DNA from: Octopus bimaculoides | Lineage: Eukaryota | Reading direction: 5' to 3' | DNA: 59,142 bases | Assembly (NCBI RefSeq): GCF_001194135.2 | Contig: NC_068981.1 | Coordinates: 193,700,266-193,759,407, forward strand | Shown: positions 25,301-39,141 of the stretch, in pieces | How positions within the stretch are numbered: position 1 is the stretch's first letter | Layout of the letters: each line of letters opens with the position of its first letter | Position numbers and translations under genes: made by a program | Notes under the pieces: model-generated | Seen by the model: only the letters and a program-made list of their open reading frames with translations | The model's database searches: none | What the model was told of the DNA's origin: nothing

Positions 25301-28300
25301 GGAACAACATTGATTTTTGGGTTTGGTTTTCTTTCTTTCATTCTTTCTTTTATCTTCAATGTTAAACAACCTGTTACCAATCTTTCTTTGGAATAATTAC
25401 CATATTATATTTCATCGCAGTCAATCATCACATTCTTAGAGATAAATATTTATTGTGACAAGTTAAAGAACACCTGGTCGGAAAAGTGTACTTTATTTAC
25501 CATTCTAAAAGAAAAAGGTATTATTTTTATGTCCAGAGTCTCCAAACACACTTGGGTCTGTGCTTTATTGGTTACAGCACTGACATCACTATGTAACATG
25601 AGCGCTTCTATGTGGTCCAGTAACTTGCTAGAAATAGTAAATGAATCTATACAGTCACTTGGCCATTTAGGGATGTGTGTGTACGTGTGTAACAACAGTG
25701 CCATTACTCTCTCTCTTTTACTCTTTTACTTGTTTGTCATTTGACTGCGGCCATGCTGGAGCAACGCCTTTAGTCAAGCAAATCGACCCCAGGACTTATT
25801 CTTTGTAAGCCTAGTACTTATTCTATTGGTTTCTTTTGACGAACCGCTAAGTTACGGGGACGTAAACACACCAGCATCAGTTGTCAGGCGCTGTTGGGGG
25901 GACAAACACAGACACACCAACACACACATATATATATATACATATACACGACGGGCTTCTTTCAGTTTCCGTCTACCAAATCCACTCACAGGGCTTTGGT
26001 CGGCCCGAGGCTATAGTAGATGACACTTGCCCAAGGTGCCACGTAGTAGGACTATATAACCATGTGGTTGGTGAGCAAGCTACTTACCACACAGCCACTC
26101 CTGCACCTATTTGTCTGCCATTGCAGGCATAAATGTATATTTTTCTGTGGAATATTTTCCATTCAACCAGTGCCAGAATATTTTCTGGCCCCAAAGGGAA
26201 AGGTCAATTGTTGGGATACATTTTGAGTTACGTTATGCTTTTGGCATCTCCAGGGAGGGCCATCAGAGATTAAGAAACTCTTGAACACCATGCATTAGAA
26301 CCTTTCTGTGTTTTAAATTGAAGGAGTTCGAGACTAAGAAGAATGAAGAATAAGATTGTCTCCTTAAAGTGAATAGAGACTTTATCTTTAAGTTGTCCCA
26401 TACACTGTACTCACATCATCATCATTGTTTAACATCCGTTTTCCATGCTGGTATGGGTTGGACGGTCTGACTGAAGACTGGCAAGCCAGGAGACCACACC
26501 AGGCTCTAATCTGATCTGGCAATGTTTCTACAGCTGGATGCCCTTCCTTACACCAACCACTCCGAGAATGTAGTGGGTGCTTTTTACGTGCCACCATCAC
26601 GGGAGCCAGTCAGGCAGCACTGGCATCAGCCACATTCGGATGATGCTTTTTACATGTTCCCAGCACGGGCGGCCAGTCAGGCGGCACTGGCAATGATGCA
26701 TGCATGAATGGTGCTTATTGTGTGCCACTAGCATGAGAGCCAGTCAGGTGGCACTGGCATTGGCCACAACTACAATTTCCATTTGACTGTGATATTATTT
26801 TTGATTTTGATTTTGATTTTACTTGACTCAATAGGTCTCCTTAAGCACAGCATGTCACCCGACGATTCAAAGGTACTTTTTAAGTGGGCTGGTTATGCGA
26901 CACTGGTGTAGGCTATGGCTGTGATCTCACTTTTCGTACAGGGTCTTCTCAATCACAGCATATCTCCAGAGATCTCAGTCTTTCATCATTGCCTCTGTGA
27001 GGCCCAGTGATCAAAGGTCATGCTTCACCACCTCGTCGCATGTCTTCCTGGGTTTCTTTCATCCATGGGTTCCTTCCACAACATAGCTGTGTGGATAAGA
27101 AGTTCACTTTACACTCATCATGTACTGTAATCCCTTAGCAATTAAACCAGCTATATCTTGCCCAAATATTCTGTTTTATGTTCAAACTAGTCAGATCCAT
27201 CTTATTACACCTACCCAACAATTTCATTCTAAAAATCAGCAATCACATCATCAAAATCTCAAAGTTACAAACTAAAGCATGATTAATTCAAAACAATCTG
27301 AATAAATAAGTGTTACATTTGACAATGCTAAAGAGTTAATGGTTATAGATTCAATTATAACACCTAAAGAGGGTTAGCTGTGTTAAAATTACTATATCTC
27401 TATATTGTAAAAGAAAAACAAATATGAACTCATTGGTACAAGCATAGCTGTGTGGTTAAGAAGTTCACTTTACAATCATTTAGTTTTAGGTTCAGTCCCA
27501 CTGCACAGCACCTTGGGAATTTATCTTCATTATTGCCCCAGGCCAACCAAAGCTTGTGAGTGGATTTGGCAGCTGAAAACTGAAAGAAGCTTCTCCTCTC
27601 ATATAACTAAAATACGGATAGAGAAAATCACATCTTTAATTGTTAAATTTACCATGCAAATCCAATGAGTGTTTCTGTTTTATCAACATATTTGGATAGA
27701 GAAAATGTCATTCAAATTAATATAGCCAAAAATACATGTTAAAACAACATTTTCAGGGTAATCCAAAATTAATTAAATTCAAATTAATTAAATTCAAGTG
27801 AACTAAGGATATATTTCCAGTACACAAACACATACAAAAAGAACGTTAAGAAGAAACATAATCTAAGAAAAGCTATTTTCGCACTCAAGTTTTGATGACT
27901 TCAATGGATAACGAAAGAATAAAAAATAAATATATAAACTCTACATTATGACAATTGGAAACAGAAATTCTAAGTCCTGACAGTCAGCTATTAAATATAC
28001 TAAACATTTTTAGAAAAATTATTCTTATTATACAATACATGAAAAGCAATTATAATTAAGAATTAAAATATTAAAATGGCTTTTGAAATTTGTGACATTA
28101 TTCCACTGTAAAATTCCCATTCAAATTTAATAATATTAATTTAGAAATAATTATATAATACATTTCTTCAATGCAAAGATCACATGTAGAATTGCCAATA
28201 TCATACGATGGTGCTTAACCAATAACAGAGTATTAGTTAAGCAAAATCATACTTATCTTTTAAATCTCAAATGCATTTATTAAGATTTGAAGAATTACCT

Positions 28301-28580
28301 TTTCTTCTATACTCAAATGAATGTGATTGATTACGAAATCTAGATTTTCAAATTGCAGCAGATGAACCTATGTATTAATACTTATGATCCCCTGTTATTA
28401 CCTTACACTGATACACTATATTTTCCCTTAACATAGGTTTTCTAAAGGACAGAAAATGTTGTTTTTACAATTACACAGGCATTTATTCACTTATATTTGG
28501 CATTCATGGTTAAAAGAATTTCTACTAGTCCTCCTCTCAGAATTAGGTGTTACGGCAGGATTATTATTATTATGATTATA

Positions 28581-28648
<68 letters not shown>

Positions 28649-31566
28649 AACTAGGTGTTAACTTAACAGTATTATCAGAGTTGGGGTTACTTTTACTTAA
28701 AGAATCAAAATCTAGTCCAGGAAAACTATCATCAGAATTAATTTCACAATTCACACTAACAATGTTACCCTTGTATACAGATTTTGAGTTAAGACATTCC
28801 CTAACTCACCATTTGCTATGTGCTGCTATAATCTCAGCCAAATATCTGGTGGTTGAATAAGAAAATTCTATACTATGGCAATTAAATAATTTCTCATATT
28901 TACTTGAAGGTGGGAAATGTTTATCTAGTACTGCAAATAATTTTTGAGGAATACTGGTAACTATTGAGTATAGGTAACTATTTGAGTATGGTGCATTAAG
29001 CCAGATAATATTCCTGGATTTATTTTTTCTATTATTTATTATATTAACTCTCATTATTTTTGCTTCTCCCTTCAAGACATTTTATTCAAGAACTATCAAA
29101 TGAATTTTTCTTTGTAGTTTTTTTTTAAAAGAATTGTAATTGCCTAAGAAAGAGCTGCCCCCAATAACCAGGGGGGAAGACAACAAAAAAAAAAAAGATT
29201 TGTTTCACAAACATTTAAAATTTTATTTACACACATTAGATGATCACATTCGAAATGGCTACCAAACATGGCTATCAGGCGGCAAAACACAACAATGGCT
29301 AAAACAGTACAAAATCAAAACACAACTGAATGTAAAAGCAAAAGAAGAAAATTAACAAGTAACAAAAAGCAGTAACATTATTGACAATAGCGTTAGCAAC
29401 TCTTATGCTGTTGTAAAAACTGCAATCCATTCATGTTGTAGTTAAATGAAGACAGATTTTCTTTCAATACAAAATGAACAGCTTGAATTGTTAGATATAT
29501 CATAGTCAAAAGATATGTAGGTGAGAGAATTTTGCATATTTAACAGCATTTATTTGATATAGGAGCTAATCCAGGACAGAGCAAAGAAAAAATTTATATA
29601 TATCCCTGCTTATGAAAAGACAGAAGTGGATAAAATTTCCTCTTAAATCAAGTAGCACAACAGGTTCTACAGAATATATCAGGAGAAGCTGCTTCACTTG
29701 CAAAAGGTAAAAGCTATGGTATCATCTTCTGTACAATTAGAATTGAAAACCTGACCAAACCACAGACTGAAACTGTCAGACATACCCCTGACTATATGTT
29801 TGTACCCTGGTACATAGGTTTAAAGTCAAAGAAATACAAGGGTCTTAATAAGAGATATTGGGCACAACATAGACCCATGGCTAACAGTGACTTTTGTGTT
29901 GCAATATGGGGAAGTGGTCAATGCAGGATTAACAAAAGATTACCTGTTTTTAGCCACAGAGATATACAAGAACTATGCCTCGTTGAAGACTCGTCTAAGA
30001 CTAATGATACAAGAGAGAAAGCCTAGGTACCATGTTTGTCAGACCAAAACACATCTTAGAACTGAGAGTCAGAAGGAACAGGAAGAATAAAATAACGAAG
30101 AACAACAACAAAAGAAACGAGAAACCTCAGTTTGCAGAGCCCCACCATCTAAACCTGTTGTGAAACCAAAAGGAATTGTCTTTAGGTAAAGTATCACAAA
30201 TAAAAGAGCAAACACCTAACAGTACCTACATGTGGTACCACATCTTCATCATGTGATGAGAAAAAAATAATAATTGCAGAGGAAAATTCTCAAATGTTAA
30301 ATGAAAATATGAAGGTAAAAATGTCACAGAAAAAGAAAATTTAGCATAAACCAACGAAAATAGATGAGGAAGAATAATTTCTTCCAAATGACAATGAAAT
30401 TCCTCCTCAGGAAAATAATGAAGAAAATAGAAAGATTGGAAGTGAACTGATGTACCATTCTTCAAAAATCAGACAAACAGTTAGTAGACAACATTTCACA
30501 TCTCGAATGTCATGGACTTCTCAGAACTCTTAGATTGAGACAAAAACAATTATGTTCAGAATATAAACATACAAAAGATAGATTAACAATATAATTAAAA
30601 TTAAGGCATTATACCAAAATTAAAAGAAAATACCCTGAAGATATGGACAAAAACTGAAAGGAATCAAACATTGTACTGAGAATGAAAGAAATAGTTAAAA
30701 TGTTTTTACCTGTCTTGAAATACCCGACCAAACTGGGATGTATCAATGGCCAATCTCAAATCAAAATTGAGACCTTCAAAGATTTTCACAACTGGATTTT
30801 GTTTAAAGACATACCCTCGTTCTACAGCTTTACCATTAAGAGAGTACTCTTTTGAAAGATTGACTTTTGAAGGCTCCCCTTTTTTGTCTGGATTTAAAGT
30901 GTGATCTGCCCACCAATCATAGTCTGTTGTCGAAATGTTGTACCTAGAGACAAATGAATAAGAAAACTGTTAGTCTTAAAAATTAATTTGTTTTTATGTC
31001 TGTTTTCCATGCTAGCATGGGTTGGATGAAAGTATTACCAACATAATGTTTTACACCTGGATGACTTTCCTGTCACTAACATTTATGTATTTTCTATGTA
31101 AAAAAAAATCTTCCAATTCATGTCTTCGAACATTGAGCCTCATGGAGGCAGTGACAGGGGAGTGAAGCTTTGGCAATATATCGTGCTTCAGGAGACCTGT
31201 CAAGCCAAGTGAGATTGTAGTCGTGGTTGATACTGGTGTCACAGAACTGGCACCTGTGCCAGTGGCACGTGAAAAGCACTCACTACACTCTTGGAGTGAT
31301 TGGTGTTAGGAAGGGCATCCAGCCGTAGAAACCATGCCATATCAGATTGGAAATTGGTGCATCTCCTTAGCTTACCAGTTATGTCAAACCATCCCATCCA
31401 TGCAAGCACGGAAAACAGACATTAAATGATGATGATGAGGTCTTCAAAGACACAAAACACAAAAGCCTACAGATGATTTGTTGACAGGAGAAATAACAAC
31501 AATGGTACCACTTTATAGCTCAGGGACTTTTGGAGAGGTGCACATAAATAAACACACACACAAACA

Positions 31567-31634
<68 letters not shown>

Positions 31635-34600
31635 GCAGGCTTCTTTCAGTTTCTATCTATCAAATCAACTAGCAAGATTTCTGTTGTCCTGAAGCTATAG
31701 TAGAAGACACTTGCCTCAATTCCTCAACTGGAATTAAACCTAAAACTACATGGTTAGGAAGTGGACTTCTCAATTTGACCACGACATTTATCATAAGATG
31801 GTTGTAGAGAGAGAGATACCGTTTTGCAGAGATACTTCAACATTTTTAAGACAAATCCTAACTATTTTTGGTGCCACACAAAATGCATCCTGTACATGCT
31901 GTAAAATAGTTGGCATTAGAAAGGGTAATCCACAGTTGAAACCAGGCCAAGACGGTTAGTGAAGCATGATGCAGTCTTTTGATCCATCAGATCCAATAAA
32001 ACTGTCCACACATGGAAGATGGACATTAAATGATGATGATGATACATAATTCAACATTAACATATATGTTCTTATGCCAGTGCTGTATAACCAGTCCATT
32101 TAAGAGGACCCTTCAATCATTGGACAATAAACTATGCTTGCGGAGACCTGTTGAGGCAAGTGAAATTGCTGTTGTGGCCGATGACAGTACTGCCTGATTG
32201 GCACCTGTGCCAGTGGAACATTAGAAGCACCATTCGAGTGTGATTGTTGCCAGGGCCGCTGACTGGCTCCCGTGTCAGTGGCACATAAAAAAAACACCGT
32301 TCGAGCATGGTCATTGCCAGTGCCACCAGACTGGCTCCTGTGCCAGTGGCACATAAAAAGCACCATTTGAGCGTGGCCAATGCCAGTACCGCCTGACTGG
32401 CCTTGTGCCGGTGGCACGTAAAAGTACCCACTACACTCTCAGAGTGGTTGGTATTAGGAAGGGCATCCAGCTGTAGAAACTTTGCCAGATCAGATTGGAG
32501 ACTGGTGCAGCCTCCTGGCTCTCAAGACCTCAGTCAAATCGTCCAACCCATGCCAGCATGGAAAGCAGACGTTAAACGATGATGATGATGATATGATTCT
32601 TCATTGGTTACGATCAAAATGCCTTTCTCACAAAAGAGTTATTATTCCGTTGTGTCTGGGGAGAGTCATTCTCTTNNNNNNNNNNNNNNNNNNNNNNNNN
32701 NNNNNNNNNNNNNNNNNNNNNNNNNNNNNNNNNNNNNNNNNNNNNNNNNNNNNNNNNNNNNNNNNNNNNNNNNNNNNNNNNCAGTAAAATTTCCACTCAT
32801 TTACTTAATTTTTCTAAAATTTTCATTGCGTCTGGCAACCTTTTCAATTGTTGTTGACTATGTCAATTATCCAAGTTGCTTGGATAACAGACAGACTCAA
32901 CAACAATTGAAAAGGTTGCAAGACACAACGAAAATTTTTTTTTTTAAATAAGTAAATGAGTGGAAATTTTACCGGTGAGTGTGTTAAATTATAAGGCATT
33001 AAAAGAGAATGACTCTCCCCAGACACAACAGAATATGCTTCAACACACGAACTCACATAAAGAATCTTGCAAACCAAATCCAAAACAAAAGTTATTGCTG
33101 TATAATACTCAATTATACAGACAGAAATTCTATAATGAGATTAACTTACTTTTTACATCTTAATATGGTATGGTATAGAGATATATATCGTCATCATATG
33201 TTATATATGGCCTTCTTTTATTGAAATGGTAGGCTGTGATTTGAGGAAATTTTTTGCTGCTATTTCTAGCAGGTTGAGCTACCACATCGCAGTTCCTTCA
33301 TTAGTTTCTTATACTTATAGTTAAATATAAGTATAAACGATGTATAGTTAATAGACTAACATCACATGAACAAAAATATTTAAAAAATAACAACAAAAAA
33401 AACTGAAAAGAAACTGACCTTATTCTTAGAATACAGTGTTCACCAGGGGTCTCAGGAATGGTCCAGTTGAAGACATTGGATTTACCATTAAGACCATTGC
33501 CTAAATAATTATCCCAGCTAAACTGAGCCTCTCTACATATAGGGGCAGCTACAGCATGGGCTGGATATTCTGTCCACACACCAATCTTTTCGTTTGTCTT
33601 GGATTTTAGTTTCTGTTAAAGATAAATATATTCTTTTATTCTTTAATATTCTCATTCTTGGTTTTTAGGCATTAGACAGCAGCCATACTAGAGCACCACT
33701 TTTAAGGGATTTTAAGTTAATCATATCAACCCTGCTACTTTGAAAAAACAGAATGGTCAACCATATTATTAACATCCCTACTGCTTCACTCATTGGTGAC
33801 AAATGTAAAAATCTTGCTTTCAAATTTTGACACAAAGCCAGCAATTACATCAACCCTCCCAGTGCTCAACTGGTACTTATTGTAATGACCCCGGAAGGAT
33901 GAAAGGTTAAGTCACCCCCCAGTGGCATTTGAACTCAGAATGTTATGTCAGAAGTAATGTCATAAAGCATTTTAGGGTGGAATTGGTCCCTAAAGCAGTG
34001 GAAGAATGTTATTTTCTCAGACGAGTCATCCTTTACCTTATTTCTGACCACCAGCCGAGTATACATGTGGAGACAGCCAAAAGAAGCATTTGACCCAGAT
34101 TGCCTTCTTTCGACTGTTAAACATGGAGGAGAATCTGTGATGATTTGGTGGGGGGTCTATATCTTGGAAATCTGCCAGCCCAGTGGTTTCCCTTCATGGC
34201 AGAATTAATAGTCAAGACTATTTAAGCATTTTATCTGATCAAATTCATCCTATGGTTGCAGAACTTTCAGGATGATAATGTACCAATTCACACAGTTAAA
34301 GTTGTTACTGAATGGCACGAGAAACATTCTAGTGAAGTTGAACATCTTATGTGGCCACCACAGTCCCCAGATCTCAATATTATTGAACATTTATGGTGCA
34401 TTTTATGAAAACAAGTAAGGAGTTGATATCTTCTACCATCATCACTACAAGAACTGGAGACTGTTTTAGCTGAAGAATGGACAAAAATTCCTTTGGAAAC
34501 AATTCAAACTTTGTACGAGTCCATACCTCGTAGAATTCAAGCTGTAATTACTGCCAAAGGCGGTCCTACCCCATATTAAAATGAATTTGTTTGAAGTTTT

Positions 34601-37600
34601 AAGGTGTTTCCATTATTTTGTCCAACCCCTATATGTGTACCCTCGCACACACATATATATATAGGCACAAGCATGGCAGTGTGGTTGAAAAGCTTGCTTC
34701 CCAGCCAAGTGATTTGGGGTTCAGTTCCACTGCACAGCCGACATCTTGGGCAAATGTGACTTTTATTGTAGTCCCGAGGCTGACCGCGTCCTTGTGAGGG
34801 GATTTGAGGGATAGAAGAAGTTGAAATAGGAGTTCGTATCATAGAACTGGGAGAGGTTTCAAGTGGGTTGGAATTAAAAGGATCAAATAAGTACCAGATA
34901 AAAGTAAGTTCTGGGGTCATTATGAATAACTAAGACCAGAAAGAAGGTGAGCCCTGCATGGCTGCAAGTCCAATGACTGAAAGTAACAGAAAGGTTGGAA
35001 AAAGAAGAAAACAGAACAAGATATATTGAGTTGCTCGTATTCTAAAATAAGGTGCACGGCTCAGTGGTTAGTGTAGTCAGCTCATGATCATAAGGCCAGG
35101 AGTTCAATTTTCAGTGGCACATCGTGTCCTTGAGCAAGACACTTTATTTCCTGTTCTTCCAGCCCACTTAGCTGGCAAAGATGAGTCATATTCATCATCA
35201 TCATCGTTTAACGTTCATTTTCCATGCTGGCATGGGTTGGACAGTTTAACTGGAGTCTGGGAAGCCAGGAAGCTGCACCAGTCTCCAATCCAATCTGGCA
35301 GTGTTTCTACAGCTAGATACGCTTCTTAATGCCAGCCACTCCGAGAGTGTAGTGGGTGCTTTTTACGTGCCACCGGCACAGGAGCCAGTCGAGGCAAGGG
35401 GGCGGGCATCGACCACATTTGAATGGTAATACATATATTTCAAAGGGTCAGCCTTGTCATACTTTGTGTCACGCTGAATCTCCCTGAGAACTACATTAAG
35501 AGTACACATGTCTGTGGAGTGCTCAGCCACTTGCACGTTAGTCTCGCGAACAGGCTGTTCCACTGATCAGGTCAACTGGAATGTACTTCATCGTAACCGA
35601 TGGAGTGACAGTTATATTGAAATAAACATTGTTTCATATACTAAGAATTTATAATAATTTCTTTATATATTTCAAAAATACAAAAAGCAATATTTCAAAC
35701 ACTGACCTCACATTCTTCTTTATTATTTGGGATAACAAAGTTCTTCTGTTGCAAGACATTAAAAGGTACCTTACAGCTCCATTTAGACTTCACATTCTGA
35801 CTGTTTTGTGTGTAGTAACTGCACCGACTAACATTGTTTGTCATTACGGCAATGTCCTGGTGAAAGAAAAAAGGTAAATAATGAGATCAAAATATATCAT
35901 TGGGATGGCAGAGAAGCATAGCTTTATGGTCAAAAGTGCATCATCATCATTTAACATCATTGTTAGCATCAGTTGGACAGTTTGACTGGCTGGCACGCTG
36001 GAAGGCTGCACAAGACTCCAGTCTGATTTGGCATGGTTTTCTACAGCTGGATACTCTTCCAAGCACCAACCACTCAAGAGTGCAATAGGTGCTTTAACGT
36101 GCCACCAGCACAGGTGCCATTTGTGTGACACCAGGGTGCGTTTACATGCCACCGGCACAGGCACCAATTTGTGTGACACTTGGATGTGTTTACGTGCCAC
36201 CAGCACAGGTGCCAATTTGCATAACACCAGGGTGCATTTACGTTTAATTCAATTGGCACTTGTACTGGTGCACAGGTGCCAATTGCGCGACACCAGCATC
36301 TGCCATGACTGCGATTTTTCTCAGTTTGATGGGTCTTCTTCTGAAGCATGAAATAATGCCAAAGGAACTCAAAAAGGAACTCAGCCACTTTGCTTCCATG
36401 AGGCCCAATGCTCAAAAGGAACTCAACCACTTGCTTCCGTGAGGCCCAACACTTGAAAGGAACTCACCCACTTTGCTTTCGTGAGTCCCAATGCTCGAAA
36501 GGAACTCAGCCGCTTTGCCTACATTTCATAATTATATGTATCTCAGTTCAGACTCACTGTACAGCATCCCTTTTCTTACAATATTTCTATTGAAATAGAC
36601 TGCCTTTGTTTGGTTTTGTCAAGGTACATAGCTCAGTGGTTAGTGCATTAGGCTCACAATTGTGAAGTTGTGAATTCAATTCCCAGACTGGGCTGTGTGT
36701 TGTGTTCTTGAGCAAGACACTTTATTTCACATTGCTCAGTTCACTGAACTGTACAAATGAGTTGCAACGCCACTGGTGCCAAGCTGTATCGGCCCCTTTG
36801 TCTTTCCCTTGGTGTGGAGAGGGAAGACAGGAATGCATGGATGACCACTGGTCTTCCACAAAACAACCTTGGCTGAAAGTTCCCCCCTCAAGGGGGAACT
36901 TTTGACATGCAATTCCATGGTCTTTCATAAATGAAGTGGGAAGAGGAGGGTTTTTACCCTATTTACATTAACACTTCCTTCAGATCTTCGGAGGACTGTA
37001 GCAGGGTCCACTTCATTGCAAACATTTGAATCAAGTTTTAGAATGAATATGCCAGTACCACCTGATTGGCCCTCATGCCAGTGGCACATAAAAGCACCCA
37101 CTACACTCTTGGAATAGTTGGCGTTAGGAAGGGCATCCAGCTGTAGAAACTCTGCCAGATCAGATTGGAGCCTGGTGCAGCCATCTGGCTTGCCAGCCCT
37201 CAGTCAAACTGTCCATGCCAGCATGGAAAGCAGACGTTAAACGATGATGATGATGATAATGATAACCCTTAAAATATAGCCTCTTTTCCCTTTCCCCCCC
37301 ACTTTTCTCTGAAATCCTACAAAAGGGTCAACAGTGTTGTCCTTCTTCCTTCTCTTACTAAACTGTAAAATCCTTTAAAAAGCACCATGTAGTTTTTTCT
37401 TATAATACAGATATTTAAGCAACATTCCTAAACAAAATGTCAATCTCTAATTCTATTTATCCTATACCTGAGCTTGACACACACAATGACATCTGGATGC
37501 AGGACGGTGCTCCACCACATTATGGCAGAAATGTATGCGACTTCTTGGATGACACTTTTGAGATGTGGATCGGCAGGAGAGAAACCATTGACTGGCCTCC

Positions 37601-39101
37601 ACGATTGCTGGACCTGAGTCCCTGTGATTACTCAATGTGGGGTATCCTGAAGGAATGCGTCTACTCACAAGATGTTTGGACAATACCTGAGTTGAGGAGA
37701 AAGAGTCATTGCAGAATTTGTAGCCCTTGGGCAATGATAAGGACTTGTGTCGGCAAATCTGCCATTCCATCCAGAGAAGAAACCAGTTGTATATTGAGTG
37801 TGAACGACAACACTTTGAGATACAATATAAGTGTTATCTTGTTTTTGTCTTGAAATTATAATTGTATGATGACTAAATAAAATTTATTTGGAAATTTGTA
37901 TTTATTATTATTAGAACTGGGTAAAGTGAATTATGGCCATCCCTTCCACAAATTAATTGTTTTGCATGTTTTTCTCTAAGTTGAAAAAGTCGCAAACACT
38001 GAAACCGGTACTAAAATGTTCTTCATGATAAAATTATTTTAGCATTTTCTACCTTGTCTTCTTTTCCTTATATATATCAACTCGCGTATTCCTTTTCAAC
38101 CTTCTACATATATCATCATCATCCTCATCATCATCACCATCATCATCATCGTTTAACGTCTGCTTTCCATGCTAGCATGGGTTGGACAATTTGACTGAGG
38201 ACTGGCGAACCAGATGGCTACATCAGGCTCCAATCTGATTTGGCAGAGTTTTTATAGCTGGATGCCCTTCCTAATGCCAACCACTCTGAGAGTGTAGTGG
38301 GTGCTTTTACGTGTCACTGACACGAAGGCCAGTCAGGCGGTACTGGCAACGGCTACGCTCAAAATGGTGTATTTTATATGCCACCTGCACAGGAGCCAGT
38401 CCAGCGGCACTGGCAACAATCTCGCTTGAATGACTTTTCACGTGCCACCGGCACAAGTGCCAGGAAGGTGACGCTGGTAACGATCATGCTCGAATGGTGC
38501 TCTTAACGCTCCACTGGTACAGGTGCCATCACGATTTCGCTTTCACTTGCCTCAACAGGTCTTCACAAGCAGAGTTTAGTGTCCAATGAAGGGAAGGTAT
38601 GCATAAGTGGGCTGGCTACATCCCTGGCAGAGGCCTTGGATTTTGGTCTCACTTGGCTTGCCAGATCTTCTCACACATATTTCCAAAGGTTTCGGTCAGA
38701 AGTCATTGCCCCAGGGAGGCCTAATGTTCAGAGGTCGTGCTTCACCACCTCATATATAAATTTAAATAATAAGGGTAAAAACTGATATTAATTAGATTAA
38801 TATCAATTAAAACCAGTGGCCTAGATTATTGAAAAAAATCTGAAGATTCAGAAAATTATGTTACATACATATAAGAGGAATGACCACTAGGTGGACTCCT
38901 AATATGCTAAATGTAGACCCCCATATGGTCTGACCACTAAGAAAAATTGTTCTCAGGAAAATTTGGCAAATGCAAAAACGTAAAGCGAGCATGACAAATG
39001 AAAAGATACAAATTTTCTTGAGAACAGTTTTTCTTAATGGTCAAATCATATGGGGTCTACATTTAGCATATTAGGAGTCCACCTAGTGGTCTTTCCTCTT
39101 A

Positions 39102-39141
<40 letters not shown>

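Noticed and set aside
29796-30090. Possible viral Rep/NS1 P-loop or host retrocopy ([12 protein letters not shown])
   Set aside because: There is no GK[S/T] Walker A motif; another frame fits a LINE ORF1 RRM plus zinc knuckle better.
30485-30530. Fourth hammerhead-like string on the minus strand (CTGAGAA...GAAATGTT)
   Set aside because: The core and stems are too degenerate to support.
36373-36520. CRISPR-like spaced repeats (also the 38-, 33- and 18-bp arrays)
   Set aside because: The units are contiguous tandem copies with no unique spacers, the context is eukaryotic and there are no cas genes.
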